DNA of 64,000 nt from a bacterium. Its GTDB lineage: Bacteria; SAR324; NAC60-12. The notes beneath the pieces were generated by a model. That model had not been told where the DNA came from, searched no databases, and saw only the letters and a program-made list of their open reading frames with translations. How positions within the stretch are numbered: position 1 is the stretch's first letter; every line of letters starts with the position of its first letter. The stretch covers positions 3,904,001-3,968,000 of the forward strand of contig OZ242383.1 in the NCBI GenBank assembly GCA_965209155.1, written 5' to 3'. Made by a program: the position numbers and the translations under genes. Positions 40,274 through 49,886 of the stretch are shown here, piece after piece.

Positions 40274-40388
40274 AAAATCCGGGGACAGTTTCTGAAAATG
40301 CTGAAATCGGGCACTAGACCAGGGAAAATCTTTGGCATGGAAGCAGAATATTTTTATTGCGAATAATTGGTAACTGTCCCTGTATTTT
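40274..40388. repeat. MITE-like repeat, copy 2 (115 bp, 17-bp terminal inverted repeat)
   Basis: AAAATCCGGGGACAGTT vs rc of right end AAAATACAGGGACAGTT (15/17). Confidence 0.85.
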
Positions 40389-40467
40389 AAGAGGGTAGAA
40401 GTATACACACGTGGTGATACCGCGTCAATACCAAAATTCCTTCTGTGCTCCTATGATACCGTCTTTG

Positions 40468-41433
40468 CTAAGAGAAGGGGTTGAGCAGCCGGGAGAGGAG
40501 GCCTCGTTTGCGTTTTCCCGTAGCGCCATAACGGCCCTCACCACCCCGTAGCCGGGGATCGAGCAGGTCCCTGATGGCGTCGCCGAACATGTTGAGAGCG
40601 TAGACGACAATTGTCAGGCAAAGACCGGGCCAGAGCGCCAGCCAGGGGGCCTGCTCCATGTACCGACGCCCTTCCCGGCTGAGCATCCCTCCCCAGTCAG
40701 GAATGCTGGGTGGCAGACCGTATCCGAGGAAGCCCAGAGAAGCCAAAGACATAATCACCCCCCCGATGTTAATGGAGAAGATAATGATGACCGGTGCCAT
40801 AATATTGGGCAAGACATGACGGTTGAGGATTTGGCTTGTCGAGGTGCCCACGGCTTGGGCTGCCAGAAAATAGTCATTCTCTTTAATGGCGATCACGGCA
40901 CTTCTGATGACTCTTGAGCCGCTGATGCCTCCGGCGATCCCCAGGACCACGATGATCTGGAGGAGACCCCTTCCCACTATGGACATGATGGTCAGCAAGA
41001 GCAACAGCCCCGGGAAGGCTATCCAGGCATCGACAAAGCGCTGCACCGCCAGATCCAATTTCCCTCCGATGAATCCTGAAATGCCGCCGATCAGGACAGC
41101 GATGACCACATTGAGCGCAGTCGCGGCCAGACCGACAAGGACGGAGATACGCGCCCCGATGATCAGGCGGCTGAGTAAGTCTCGTCCCGCCTGGTCGGTC
41201 CCCAGCAGATACTGGGATGATGGGCCTGCAAGCCTGTCTATCAGGTGCATTTCCTTATAGGGATAAGGCGCCAGCACATCGGCAAAGACCGCCACCAAAA
41301 TCAAGAGCAAGATGATCACCCCGCAGGCAGTGCCAAGAGGCTTCTCCTTGAAAAGCCTGATCCAAAAATCAGCAAACCTGCCCCGTCGTTTGGGCTTATG
41401 GGTAGGGGATGGTGTTTCTGTGGTGTCGCTCAT
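40468..41433 (-). CDS. peptide/nickel ABC permease (DppC-like), cassette 2
   Basis: Motifs LLGTDQAGRD, RHVLPN and GDAIRDLLDPR. Confidence 0.93.
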   Translation of the reverse strand: MSDTTETPSPTHKPKRRGRFADFWIRLFKEKPLGTACGVIILLLILVAVFADVLAPYPYKEMHLIDRLAGPSSQYLLGTDQAGRDLLSRLIIGARISVLVGLAATALNVVIAVLIGGISGFIGGKLDLAVQRFVDAWIAFPGLLLLLTIMSIVGRGLLQIIVVLGIAGGISGSRVIRSAVIAIKENDYFLAAQAVGTSTSQILNRHVLPNIMAPVIIIFSINIGGVIMSLASLGFLGYGLPPSIPDWGGMLSREGRRYMEQAPWLALWPGLCLTIVVYALNMFGDAIRDLLDPRLRGGEGRYGATGKRKRGLLSRLLNPFS

Positions 41434-41508
41434 AATTTAGGTATTTAGGAGGAAGGCTTTTAGTCCCTTATGAAGTTAAATTCTGCGCAAAAGTGCTAAA
41501 GCATTATT

Positions 41509-41603
41509 TTTAACGTAAAGGCGCAGAGGGCGCAAAGAAACGCAGAGAAAAATTTTAATAAAATTCTCTGCGATCCTCTGTCTCTTTGCGTCTTTGCGTT
41601 AAA
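41509..41603. repeat. long imperfect palindrome built from CGCA(A/G)AG short repeats
   Basis: Left arm TTTAACGTAAAGGCGCAGAGGGCGCAAAGAAACGCAGAGAA; rc of right arm TTTAACGCAAAGACGCAAAGAGACAGAGGATCGCAGAGAA. Confidence 0.8.
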
Positions 41604-41731
41604 TTTAAAATAGCCCTGGTTGGTTCCGGCTATGCCGGGTTAGGTATAAGGTATTCGGTGTCAGCTTTGCGTTAATACCTGAAACCCGGGCGGCGATCCG
41701 CTAACCCCTCATACCTTTGTCGCGCCAGCGA

Positions 41732-42736
41732 CTATTCATACCGCACCCTGGGGTCGAGGAAAGCATAAATAACGTCGATCATGAGATTGAACCCCAAAAC
41801 CGCAGTAGCAAAAATCAGGTTTATTGCGGAGACGACCGGATAGTCTCTGCCATCGAGGGCATCCACAAACATACGTCCTATCCCCGGCAGAGCAAATATT
41901 TCTTCCATGATCACGGAGCCCCCAATCAGGAGGGGGAGCTGCAGGCCGACGAGCGTCACTACCGGGATGAGCGCATTCTTGACGGCGTGTCTCAGAACGA
42001 CGACCCTCTCCCTGAGACCCTTCGACCAGGCCGTCCTGATGTAGTCCTGCCTTAAGACCTCCAGCATCATGGTGCGTGTCATCCGCATGGTGCTGGCAGA
42101 CATGGCTATCCCCAGAATCACAGCCGGAATGAGGAACATCCCAAGATTCCCCAGCGGGTCTTCCTTGAAGGGAATCAGCTTCACTGATGGCGACCAGCCC
42201 CACCAGAGTGCCGGGTAGAGCATGACCATGATTGCCAGCCAGAAGTTCGGCGTTGCCAGGCCGATGATGGCCGCGGTGCGCCCCACGTAGTCAGTGGCTG
42301 TATCCTGGCGGATCGCCGAGTAGATGCCGACGGGCAAGGCGATGACGAGCCCAATTACGATTGACAGAACACCAAGCTCAATGGTGACCGGCAATCTCCC
42401 GATTAGCCTCTCCCCTATCGACCAACCACGCAGTGCTTCACCAAAGCTGCCCTGGAGGAGACCCTTGAAGTGGGACTCACCAGTAGTTGGCCAATCAGGG
42501 GTTGGCAACACTCCTATCCAGCGTCCGTACTGCACGTGGACCGACACGTCCAGTCCCAGCATACGCTCAAGAGCTTCGCGGTCAGCGGCCCCCATGGCAT
42601 TCCACGCTCCCATCTCAGCCACCATTGTGTCTACTATATCGCCGGGGATGAAGCGGACCGCGAGAAAGACGATGATGGTCAATATGAACAGGGTGGGGAT
42701 GATCAGCAATAACCGCCTGATGAGATAGGTTCTCAT
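41732..42736 (-). CDS. peptide/nickel ABC permease (DppB-like), cassette 2
   Basis: Motifs YLIRRLL, MLEVLRQDYIRTAWSKGL and LDPRVRY; start MRTY. Confidence 0.93.
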   Translation of the reverse strand: MRTYLIRRLLLIIPTLFILTIIVFLAVRFIPGDIVDTMVAEMGAWNAMGAADREALERMLGLDVSVHVQYGRWIGVLPTPDWPTTGESHFKGLLQGSFGEALRGWSIGERLIGRLPVTIELGVLSIVIGLVIALPVGIYSAIRQDTATDYVGRTAAIIGLATPNFWLAIMVMLYPALWWGWSPSVKLIPFKEDPLGNLGMFLIPAVILGIAMSASTMRMTRTMMLEVLRQDYIRTAWSKGLRERVVVLRHAVKNALIPVVTLVGLQLPLLIGGSVIMEEIFALPGIGRMFVDALDGRDYPVVSAINLIFATAVLGFNLMIDVIYAFLDPRVRYE

Positions 42737-42806
42737 ATGTTGCCCCAAGTATGGGAGCTGGGAAGCGCGCCCGCAAGCGACCGGCTCCCGGCTCCCTTTT
42801 TCCTCA

Positions 42807-44606
42807 CTAGTGACCCATGGCTTTCTTCAGCTCCTGGTCAATCCAGAGGCGGGCCAAGAAGGTATTGCGTTCGCCATTCCCCATACCTGCTTCACCGAAA
42901 TAACCCTTGACCCACGGATGGTTCACGAAAAACCTAGGGGAGAGGGATTTAACCAGGCCCCAGTGCTCCCTTACAGTGATCTCATCGGCCTGTCGATAAT
43001 AGCTCTTCCACTCCTCCACGGTGGTAGCAGTTTGCATGGCGGCAAGCAGGGCGTCCATTTGCGGGTCATTCGCGTAGTTCCAGTTTGCATAACCAAAGTT
43101 TACGGATACCAAATATACATAATGGGAGGGGGCGTAAATCCCATATCCCCCACTCAGTAAATGCCACTCAGCCGAACCCGCACTACCTCGAGCTCCTACC
43201 TCAGCAGTACTCTGCATAATAAGCTCGCTGTCAACGCCAATGGCTTCGAAGAACCCCATGACGATTTCTGGGTGGGTTGAATCGAACCTGTCGGCCAGGG
43301 CTAACTTGAGCTTGAATCTATAGCCATCGGCGCCGCGTGTATATCCAGCCTCATCAAGGAGCTCTTCGGCCCTTTCGGGGTTATAGGTATATTCTTGCTT
43401 GACCTCCTCGGGCCACTCTTCCATTGGCCAAGACCATCCTGGCGCATTGAATTGCCCAATTAACCCATAAGGTTCTGGTTCTCCATAACCCTTAAAGTAG
43501 GTAGCGGAAATAGTCTCGCGGTCCACTGCCATCTGCAGTGCCTTGCGCACATTGACGTCGCTAACGGGTGGCAAAGCCCAGTTAAATAACAAAGGGTCCG
43601 GTGCTTGCTCATAAACGGACCACACCTCGATTTCAGGGTTGCTCCGCTGGAGGCTCTCTACATCGTCGATATTCTGTATATAAGCGTCGCCGGTGTTACT
43701 CAGCATATCAATCTTACCCGTGCGCAGTGCCGCCAGTCGTGTTGACATATCTGGCATCAGGAAGGACCTGTACTCGTCAATATAGGGCAGGCGGTTCTGC
43801 GGGAATTTTTCGTCGTAGCCCCAGTAGTTAGGATTCTTCTTCCAGGTTGCCGAGCTGCCCTCCACGAAATCAGTCAGTCTCAAGGGCCCGGTGCCGACCA
43901 GGGTCCTCCAATCCTTAGCGTCGCCGTATTTCTCGATTTGCTCGGGGGCGTGCGCAAACCAGTAGTTGTTAAGCATATTTCCCAGCACAGAGGGGTGAGA
44001 CGTCGTCAGCTTCATAACAACCGTCCATTTGTCGGTGGCCGTTACCGATTCGATACCTACATCAAAGGCGACAGCACCAATCCAGCCCATAGGTCCGTCT
44101 TCGGTGAAATCGCCCAGACCCAACATACGGTGATAGTTCCATTCAACGTCATAGGCATCGAACTCCCGACCGTTCACCGGCGCCTTATCGTCCCAGTAAA
44201 CGCCCTTGCGGATGTTCCAGATGAACGTCGTGTCGTCGGGCATTGACCAGCTTTCAGCCAGACACCCTCTAGTCATCTCTGGGGTCACCATCTGGTATAA
44301 TCTACCGTTCCATATATCCCTGGATAGTCCCCAGTCGGCGAAGGATAGCCTCTCATTTACGCCACTGATGAGGTGAGGCGCCCAACCAGGATTCCACCAG
44401 TTGTCAGTACTCGGAGGATAGACTTTAGTGGCCCACGTGAGTGTCCCGCCGTACTCAGGCGCAGTCCACGTCTTGCCGGTCGCAGGGTCGAACACCGTCT
44501 CTTTCTCAGCCGCCACGGCCGAACTGACCCAAAAGGCGGCCACCATCAGGGTGAGGGTGAGCAACAAGGATTGCATTTTACTTATTTTATTTTTATTGTT
44601 TTGCAT
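42807..44606 (-). CDS. ABC substrate-binding protein family 5, cassette 2
   Basis: Motifs LAESWSMPD, DKAPVNGRE, GTGP, KNPNYW and LLDEAGY; start MQNNK with AGGAG RBS. Confidence 0.92.
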   Translation of the reverse strand: MQNNKNKISKMQSLLLTLTLMVAAFWVSSAVAAEKETVFDPATGKTWTAPEYGGTLTWATKVYPPSTDNWWNPGWAPHLISGVNERLSFADWGLSRDIWNGRLYQMVTPEMTRGCLAESWSMPDDTTFIWNIRKGVYWDDKAPVNGREFDAYDVEWNYHRMLGLGDFTEDGPMGWIGAVAFDVGIESVTATDKWTVVMKLTTSHPSVLGNMLNNYWFAHAPEQIEKYGDAKDWRTLVGTGPLRLTDFVEGSSATWKKNPNYWGYDEKFPQNRLPYIDEYRSFLMPDMSTRLAALRTGKIDMLSNTGDAYIQNIDDVESLQRSNPEIEVWSVYEQAPDPLLFNWALPPVSDVNVRKALQMAVDRETISATYFKGYGEPEPYGLIGQFNAPGWSWPMEEWPEEVKQEYTYNPERAEELLDEAGYTRGADGYRFKLKLALADRFDSTHPEIVMGFFEAIGVDSELIMQSTAEVGARGSAGSAEWHLLSGGYGIYAPSHYVYLVSVNFGYANWNYANDPQMDALLAAMQTATTVEEWKSYYRQADEITVREHWGLVKSLSPRFFVNHPWVKGYFGEAGMGNGERNTFLARLWIDQELKKAMGH

Positions 44607-44960
44607 AATTTTTCTCCTATTTAAATTATTAAAAATAATAGTGAGGGCTTTTTTGAAACATGCTTTCGTTCCCGAAAGCACGTTGTCGACGATTGCTCTA
44701 CCCATTGGGTCTCCTTCATTTTGGAGTGATCAAAAAACCGATTCATTGGCTCCAGGATGGGGCAATGAACCCTGAGCTTTCAATTCTCTTGAGGAATTTC
44801 TATTGGCTGAAATGAACTGAGGGAAAACTTAAGGGTCTCTCCCTCTCGGACTAGGCGTCGCCGTCGGGATAAGATAAGGGGGGACAACCCAATGAACTTT
44901 GGACTTGGGATTTAGTGCTGGGTGCTTGGAGCTGTGACTGGGAACTAGGAACTGAGCGAT

Positions 44961-45049
44961 GGGTGCCGGGTGCCGGGTGCCGGGTGCCGGGTGCCGGGTG
45001 CCGGGTGCCGGGTGCCGGGTGCCGGGTGCCGGGTGCCGGGTGCCGGGTG
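44961..45049. repeat. perfect heptamer microsatellite (GGGTGCC)x12.7 preceded by degenerate heptamers
   Basis: 12 full units from 44961 plus GGGTG; degenerate 7-mers from ~44901. Confidence 0.97.
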
Positions 45050-45537
45050 ATTGAATGATACTCTCATATTAACCTTTTATCAAGAAATTTTTATATTTGA
45101 AACAGGTTAATTTCAGACTTTCATGTCATCCTGACGGTTCGTCGTGCAGCAATGCAAAGGGATTGCGTTATTGCACTTCTCTCTCTGGAAGAAATTATTA
45201 TATAATCGTTCTGCAAATGATGGTCAAGGTTTTTTTTGAACAGGGCGATTCATTCATGAGTGTCTTCTGATGATCAACAAAAATACTTTTTCATATTGAG
45301 ATCCAGAAGTCAACATTTTTGGCACTTTTCCATTCCCCATTGACCGTTTCTAAAAATCCTCTGGGGAGGAGATGAGCTTTTACATGACCTTCGGCTAAAA
45401 TATGAGCGAAATTGAAATTAACCCTTCAGCCAAAGGCGTTTTCATTGAAAATTATCACAAAAGCAAACGAAAGACCAGCTTAATAGAGTGCTAATCATTT
45501 GTCAACCGTATTTTTTTCAATCGCTGGGAAGCGATTA

Positions 45538-45564
45538 TTAGCACTCTATTAAAATGAGTGCTAA
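45538..45564. promoter_or_regulatory. CIRCE element (HrcA operator consensus)
   Basis: TTAGCACTC-TATTAAAAT-GAGTGCTAA is a perfect TTAGCACTC-N9-GAGTGCTAA; extra half-site at 45486-45494. Confidence 0.8.
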
Positions 45565-45688
45565 CATTAATCAATAATGGATCAAGCCCGCATGAAAGCG
45601 GTTCGATGCATCCCCAGAAATGGACAGAAAAGGCAAGGAGCCTCTACAATAGATTGTAACATGAGAAGTACTATGTTACTATTAAAGA

Positions 45689-45970
45689 ATGATACAATCA
45701 TTTCGAGATAAAAATACAGAAAAGATATATTCTGGAGAGCGAGTCAAAGGCATTTCCACAAATCTTGCCCAGAAGGCACGAAGGCGGTTAGGAGTACTAA
45801 ATCGTGCAACTCAAGTGGAAGATTTGTTCTTTCCTCCTTCCAATCAATTTCATGCTCTCTCAGGATATACTCCTACTCGTTATGCCATTGCGGTTGATAA
45901 ACAGTGGCGTATTACCTTTGAATGGCATGAATGTGAGGTTTACAATGTTTTATTTGAAGATTATCATTGA
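45689..45970 (+). CDS. higB: HigB-family (RelE superfamily) toxin
   Basis: MIQSFRDKNTEKIY...PPSNQFHALSG...YAIAVDKQWRITFEW...EDYH. Confidence 0.92.
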   Translation: MIQSFRDKNTEKIYSGERVKGISTNLAQKARRRLGVLNRATQVEDLFFPPSNQFHALSGYTPTRYAIAVDKQWRITFEWHECEVYNVLFEDYH

Positions 45971-45973
45971 GAG

Positions 45974-46279
45974 GTGTTTATGATCATTCCCAAGAAACGT
46001 CCAACCCCGATTGGAGAATTTGTCCAAGAAGATATTTTAAACGAACTCAATATGAGTCAAGGCGATTTAGCTCAAGCCTTAAAGGTTTCTCGAAAAACAA
46101 TCAATGATTTAGTCAATAATAAGAGATCATTATCAGCAGACATGGCCTTAAGAATTGGTAAATTCACAAAAACTTCACCACAATTATGGCTAGGACTTCA
46201 GCAGGATTTAGATTTATGGGATGCCTTACACTCAGAAAAGGCAAGAGAAATCAAAAAAATTCATTCATTTGCTGCTTAA
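45974..46279 (+). CDS. higA: HigA-family HTH antitoxin
   Basis: PTPIGEFVQEDIL, SQGDLAQALKVSRKTINDLVN, SADMALR and WLGLQ. Confidence 0.92.
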   Translation: MFMIIPKKRPTPIGEFVQEDILNELNMSQGDLAQALKVSRKTINDLVNNKRSLSADMALRIGKFTKTSPQLWLGLQQDLDLWDALHSEKAREIKKIHSFAA

Positions 46280-47096
46280 ACCTGATTCCCGGCAGGTTGA
46301 AGATGTTCTCCATGATCACTGCGCCGCCGACCAGTACCGGCAACTGCAGGCCGATCAGGGTGATAACCGGGATGAGGGCATTTTTGATGGTGTGCCGGAT
46401 AATCACGACCCGCTCTCTGAGCCCCTTGGACCAGGCGGTGCGGATTTAGTCCTGCCGGAGCACCTCCAGCATTATGGTGCGCGTCATCCGCATGGTGGCG
46501 GCAGAATAGTAAGTCCCAAAAATCAGGCCGGGAATGACGAACACCCCGAGACTGCCCAACGGATCTTCTGTGAAGGGAATCACGAACATCGGGGGCGTCC
46601 AGTCCCACCAGATGGTCGGATAGATCATCACCATCACGCCCAGCCAGAAGTTCGGCGTGGTCAGGCCGATGATGGCGAGGGAGCGCTCCAGGTAGTCGGC
46701 GACGGTATCCTGGCGAATCGCTGTGTAGATGCCCACGGGCAGCGCGATCAAGAGCCCGATAACGATGGCCATGACCCCCAGCTCAAGGGTAACCGGCAGT
46801 CTCTCTAAGATCGCCTCCTCTACCGCGTAACTGGTCAGCAGGGACTTGCCAAGGGAGCCGTGCAGGAGAATATCGCCCGGCCAGCGTCCATACTGCACGT
46901 GGACCGGCACGTCCAATCCCAGCCGACGCGCAAGCACTTCCCGGTCAATATTCCCTGAGGCGTACATTTCCATCCTCCCCTCGATGACGTCCATGACATC
47001 GCCGGGGATGAAGCGCACCGAGAGGAAGACCAAGATGCTCAAGATCAACAAGGTGGGGATGAGCAGCAATAATCGCCTCATGAGATAGGCTCTCAT
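46280..47096 (-). pseudogene. DppB-like permease pseudogene, cassette 3
   Basis: Conserved QDYIRT has Tyr->TAA at 46446-46448; homology continues (IRTAWSKG...ENIFNLPG) and is cut off at the higA stop. Confidence 0.9.
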
Positions 47097-47116
47097 GGGA
47101 TAGACCTCTAACTTCT

Positions 47117-47170
47117 AAAATCCCCGCTTCCGCGTACGGCCTGAATCCCCCTTTTCCAAAGGGGGACTTT
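47117..47170. repeat. REP-like palindrome
   Basis: AATCCCCCTTTTCCAAAGGGGGACTT hairpin between the SBP and permease genes; absent at the equivalent position of cassette 4. Confidence 0.6.
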
Positions 47171-47195
47171 CTTCAACTTGACACTCAAGAAAAGC

Positions 47196-48461
47196 CTAAT
47201 GCCCCATTTCTTTCTTCAGGTCCTGGTCAATCCACAACCGGGTGAAGACGGGGCCCCACCCACAGCTGCCCAGTCCGGTTTCACCGCTATAACCGACGAC
47301 CCAGGGCTGGTTCAGGCTAAAGTGTGGCGTTCTAGAACCCCAGATAAACCACTGCTGCCGGATGGCGTACATATCGGCCTCTTTCACCAGCCTCTTCTGC
47401 TCCTCAAGGCTGGTTGCCGCCATGGCGGCATCAGCCATAACGTTATAAACCGGGTCGCTGATGCCGCCAGGATTCCAACCCCCCGGCTTCGGCCCCGTGA
47501 TCTGGGCCCAAAACCCGTAGTCGGCCCCGATGTTCGTGAAATCCATAAACTCTTCAGCAGTTTGTTCCCGCCCAAGATTGCCATATTGCGTGCCGTCGAT
47601 GGCATTAACCTCAACCTCCACCCCAATCTTAGACCAGTAGCCGGCCACTAATTCTCGATAGCCCGTATCGAACCCGTCTCGATTCGTGTACAAATTGGTC
47701 TTGAATCGAATGCCATCGGCGTCGCTTGGGTACCCGGCCTCATCCAGGAGTTTCTCGGCCCCATCCGGGTCGTAGTTATAGGTCTTCTGGACCTCGGCAG
47801 GCCACGTTTCAAACGGGTTGTTATACCCTTTCATCCCAGAGCCCACCAGCCCCTGAGGGACCCACTCTCCATAACCTTGAAAATAAGAATCGTGGATGGT
47901 CTTCAGGTCCAGGGCCATCTGCGGCGCCTGACGCACCCGGATGTCATTGAAGGGCGGTTTATTGACGCTGATGGTAAAAGAATTATGCGACCGAAAGGCA
48001 TAGGGCCACTGCACGATTTGGGGGTTGCTCTGCTTAAGAGCCACTGCCGTATCGATATCCTGTACTTGGGTGCTTCCAAGATGACCTGTGTAATCAATCT
48101 TAGCGGAGCGCATCGCCGCCAGCCGGGTTGCCGGATCTATCATAATCAGAGCCACTAACTTGTCCAGATAGGGCAAGCGGTTCTGCGGGAATTTTTCGTC
48201 GTTTTTCCAGTAGTGCGGGTTCTTTTCCCAGGTGACAGAAGTGCCCTCGACAATCTCAGTTATCGTAAAGGGCCCGGTGCCCACCACGGTCCGCCAATCC
48301 TCAGCGTTGCCATGTTCCTCGATGATTTCGGGGGCGTAAACATAACCATGGCAATCGTCAAAGAGCCGCGCCAACGCATCAAAGCGGGGTTCCTTCAGCT
48401 TGACAACCAGCGTCGTTTTGTCGGTGGCCTCTACCGATTCGATGGGCAACCCCAAGATTCC
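47196..48461 (-). pseudogene. 5'-truncated family-5 SBP, cassette 3 (closest to the cassette-4 SBP)
   Basis: Lacks the signal peptide and ~200 N-terminal residues; at ~48462 the sequence jumps to a copy of 55110-55266. Confidence 0.88.
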
Positions 48462-48849
48462 AAATGAAAAATCTATCAATCAGGGAGATCCGCTTCTTTA
48501 TGATCATGAGTCAAAAAGCGAAGGTTCACTCCACAATCCAGTGTTTTTTCCAATGGCGATCATGTTCGTAAACGCTTTGCCAGGGAGGTAAATCAGAGTG
48601 CTAAGCGCTCTTACTTCCATGGCTCTCGTTCGTTTTCAAAGAGTTGACAGGCTTCTTGAAGACCCTCAATGGATCAAGTCCGCATGAATTTACAAGTTTA
48701 GTTCACCTGCTGACGATAGGTTGAAAACAGGGAGAACTCAACGTTTTGATTCCCATTCAGTGATGGGATGTGACTTGTAGGGCGTCAGAGCGGTGCCTGA
48801 TCGGTAGGGAGTCAAGCGGGGTGTTGGATTTGGGTGCACAATGGAAAGG

Positions 48850-48944
48850 TAGAGTGCTGCTGAGCTTGCGAAGCGCACCAAAAAACTTATTCATCGGATG
48901 ACGGTGCGCTACGCCTTCGCTGAAGCTCAGTGCAGAACACCCTA
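48850..48944. repeat. REP-doublet-like palindrome
   Basis: GTAGAGTGCTGCTGAGCTTGCGAAGCGCACC...GGTGCGCTACGCCTTCGCTGAAGCTCAGTGCAGAACACCCTAC. Confidence 0.6.
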
Positions 48945-49027
48945 CCATTCTCAGAATGCCCACTTGATAGGGTGTCGGATGGGGAGGTCAAGGTCTTGAA
49001 TAAAGACAAAATTCTCAAGAAGATCCA

Positions 49028-49151
49028 TCAGAACAAGGCAATGAACCGGAGCCTTACCACAGCGCGCTTTACTCCGATTTCTGTGCATTGCAGAGACAAA
49101 AGTTATCTTTCAATTGATACTGGGAGTAGCCCGGTTATTTCTGCGTTAGCG
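49028..49151 (+). other. integron attC site 1
   Basis: R'' TCAGAAC, 5-nt spacer, L'' AATGAACC ... L' GGTTATT, 5-nt spacer, R' GTTAGCG; L''/L' pair perfectly with one extra base. Confidence 0.8.
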
Positions 49152-49202
49152 CAAGTAAACATTCTCCTCACCTTCCATTTTTCTCCACTTCTTAGTTTTC
49201 AC

Positions 49203-49230
49203 TTGACTATGTACGGCTAAGCCGTACAAT
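49203..49230 (+). promoter_or_regulatory. sigma70-like promoter with overlapping palindromic operator
   Basis: TTGACT-16 nt-TACAAT; palindrome TGTACGGCT-A-AGCCGTACA at 49210-49228; ATG 5 nt after the -10 box. Confidence 0.7.
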
Positions 49231-49235
49231 GAGTT

Positions 49236-49550
49236 ATGTTTACTTTCATAGAATCACTGACTTTTGAAAAAATATTACCACTATATCTTGCAGACGATGA
49301 ATATGCTGAACTACAGCAGTTCATGGTAGTAAATCCTGAAGCAGGCAGTGTGATTCCAGGATCTGGTGGCATTCGTAAACTTCGTTGGAAACGTAAAGGA
49401 ATAGGAAAACGTGGCGGTGTCAGGATTATTTATTACATACGTTATTCTCCTAATGAATTTTGGATGCTTGCTATCTATGCAAAGACTGCTCAAGAAAACG
49501 TGCCTGCTCACATTCTTAAAAAATTAAAAGAGGTATTTGAAAATGAGTAA
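49236..49550 (+). CDS. RelE/ParE-family (HigB2-like) toxin
   Basis: NPEAGSVIPGSGGIRKLRW...GKRGGVRIIYY...YAK motif. Confidence 0.9.
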   Translation: MFTFIESLTFEKILPLYLADDEYAELQQFMVVNPEAGSVIPGSGGIRKLRWKRKGIGKRGGVRIIYYIRYSPNEFWMLAIYAKTAQENVPAHILKKLKEVFENE

Positions 49551-49857
49551 GAAGCTGTCTAGGGAAGCACTAGAAGAATTTGAGAAAGACAGAGACATTT
49601 GGCAAGAGGTTTTGGATGGAATCCAACAGATCAAACAAGGTATGTATGGACGAAAATTTACCGTAGAAAGGTCACCCATTGTTGAAGCACGGCGTACAAT
49701 TGGACTCTCCCAAGTTGAGTTTGCAAAGTTACTAGGTGTTTCTAAACGGACCTTACAAGACTGGGAACAAGGTAGGCGCAAGCCAAGTGGTGCAGCAAGA
49801 ACTTTACTCATCTTAGCAGAAAAACGTCCCGATGTCTTGCTGGAAGTCTTTGGTTAA
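49543..49857 (+). CDS. XRE-type HTH antitoxin (HigA2-like)
   Basis: RRTIGLSQVEFAKLLGVSKRTLQDWEQGRRKPSGAARTLL; overlaps the toxin stop. Confidence 0.9.
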   Translation: MSKKLSREALEEFEKDRDIWQEVLDGIQQIKQGMYGRKFTVERSPIVEARRTIGLSQVEFAKLLGVSKRTLQDWEQGRRKPSGAARTLLILAEKRPDVLLEVFG

Positions 49858-49886
49858 AGTCGTTTTGTTTCAAACTCATTAACAGG

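Noticed and set aside
44820..44895. Possible ykkC/guanidine-type riboswitch upstream of SBP2 (GTCCGAGAG on the minus strand)
   Set aside because: The other conserved blocks (CTAGGGTTCCG, GGGATAAAAGCCC) are absent in that orientation
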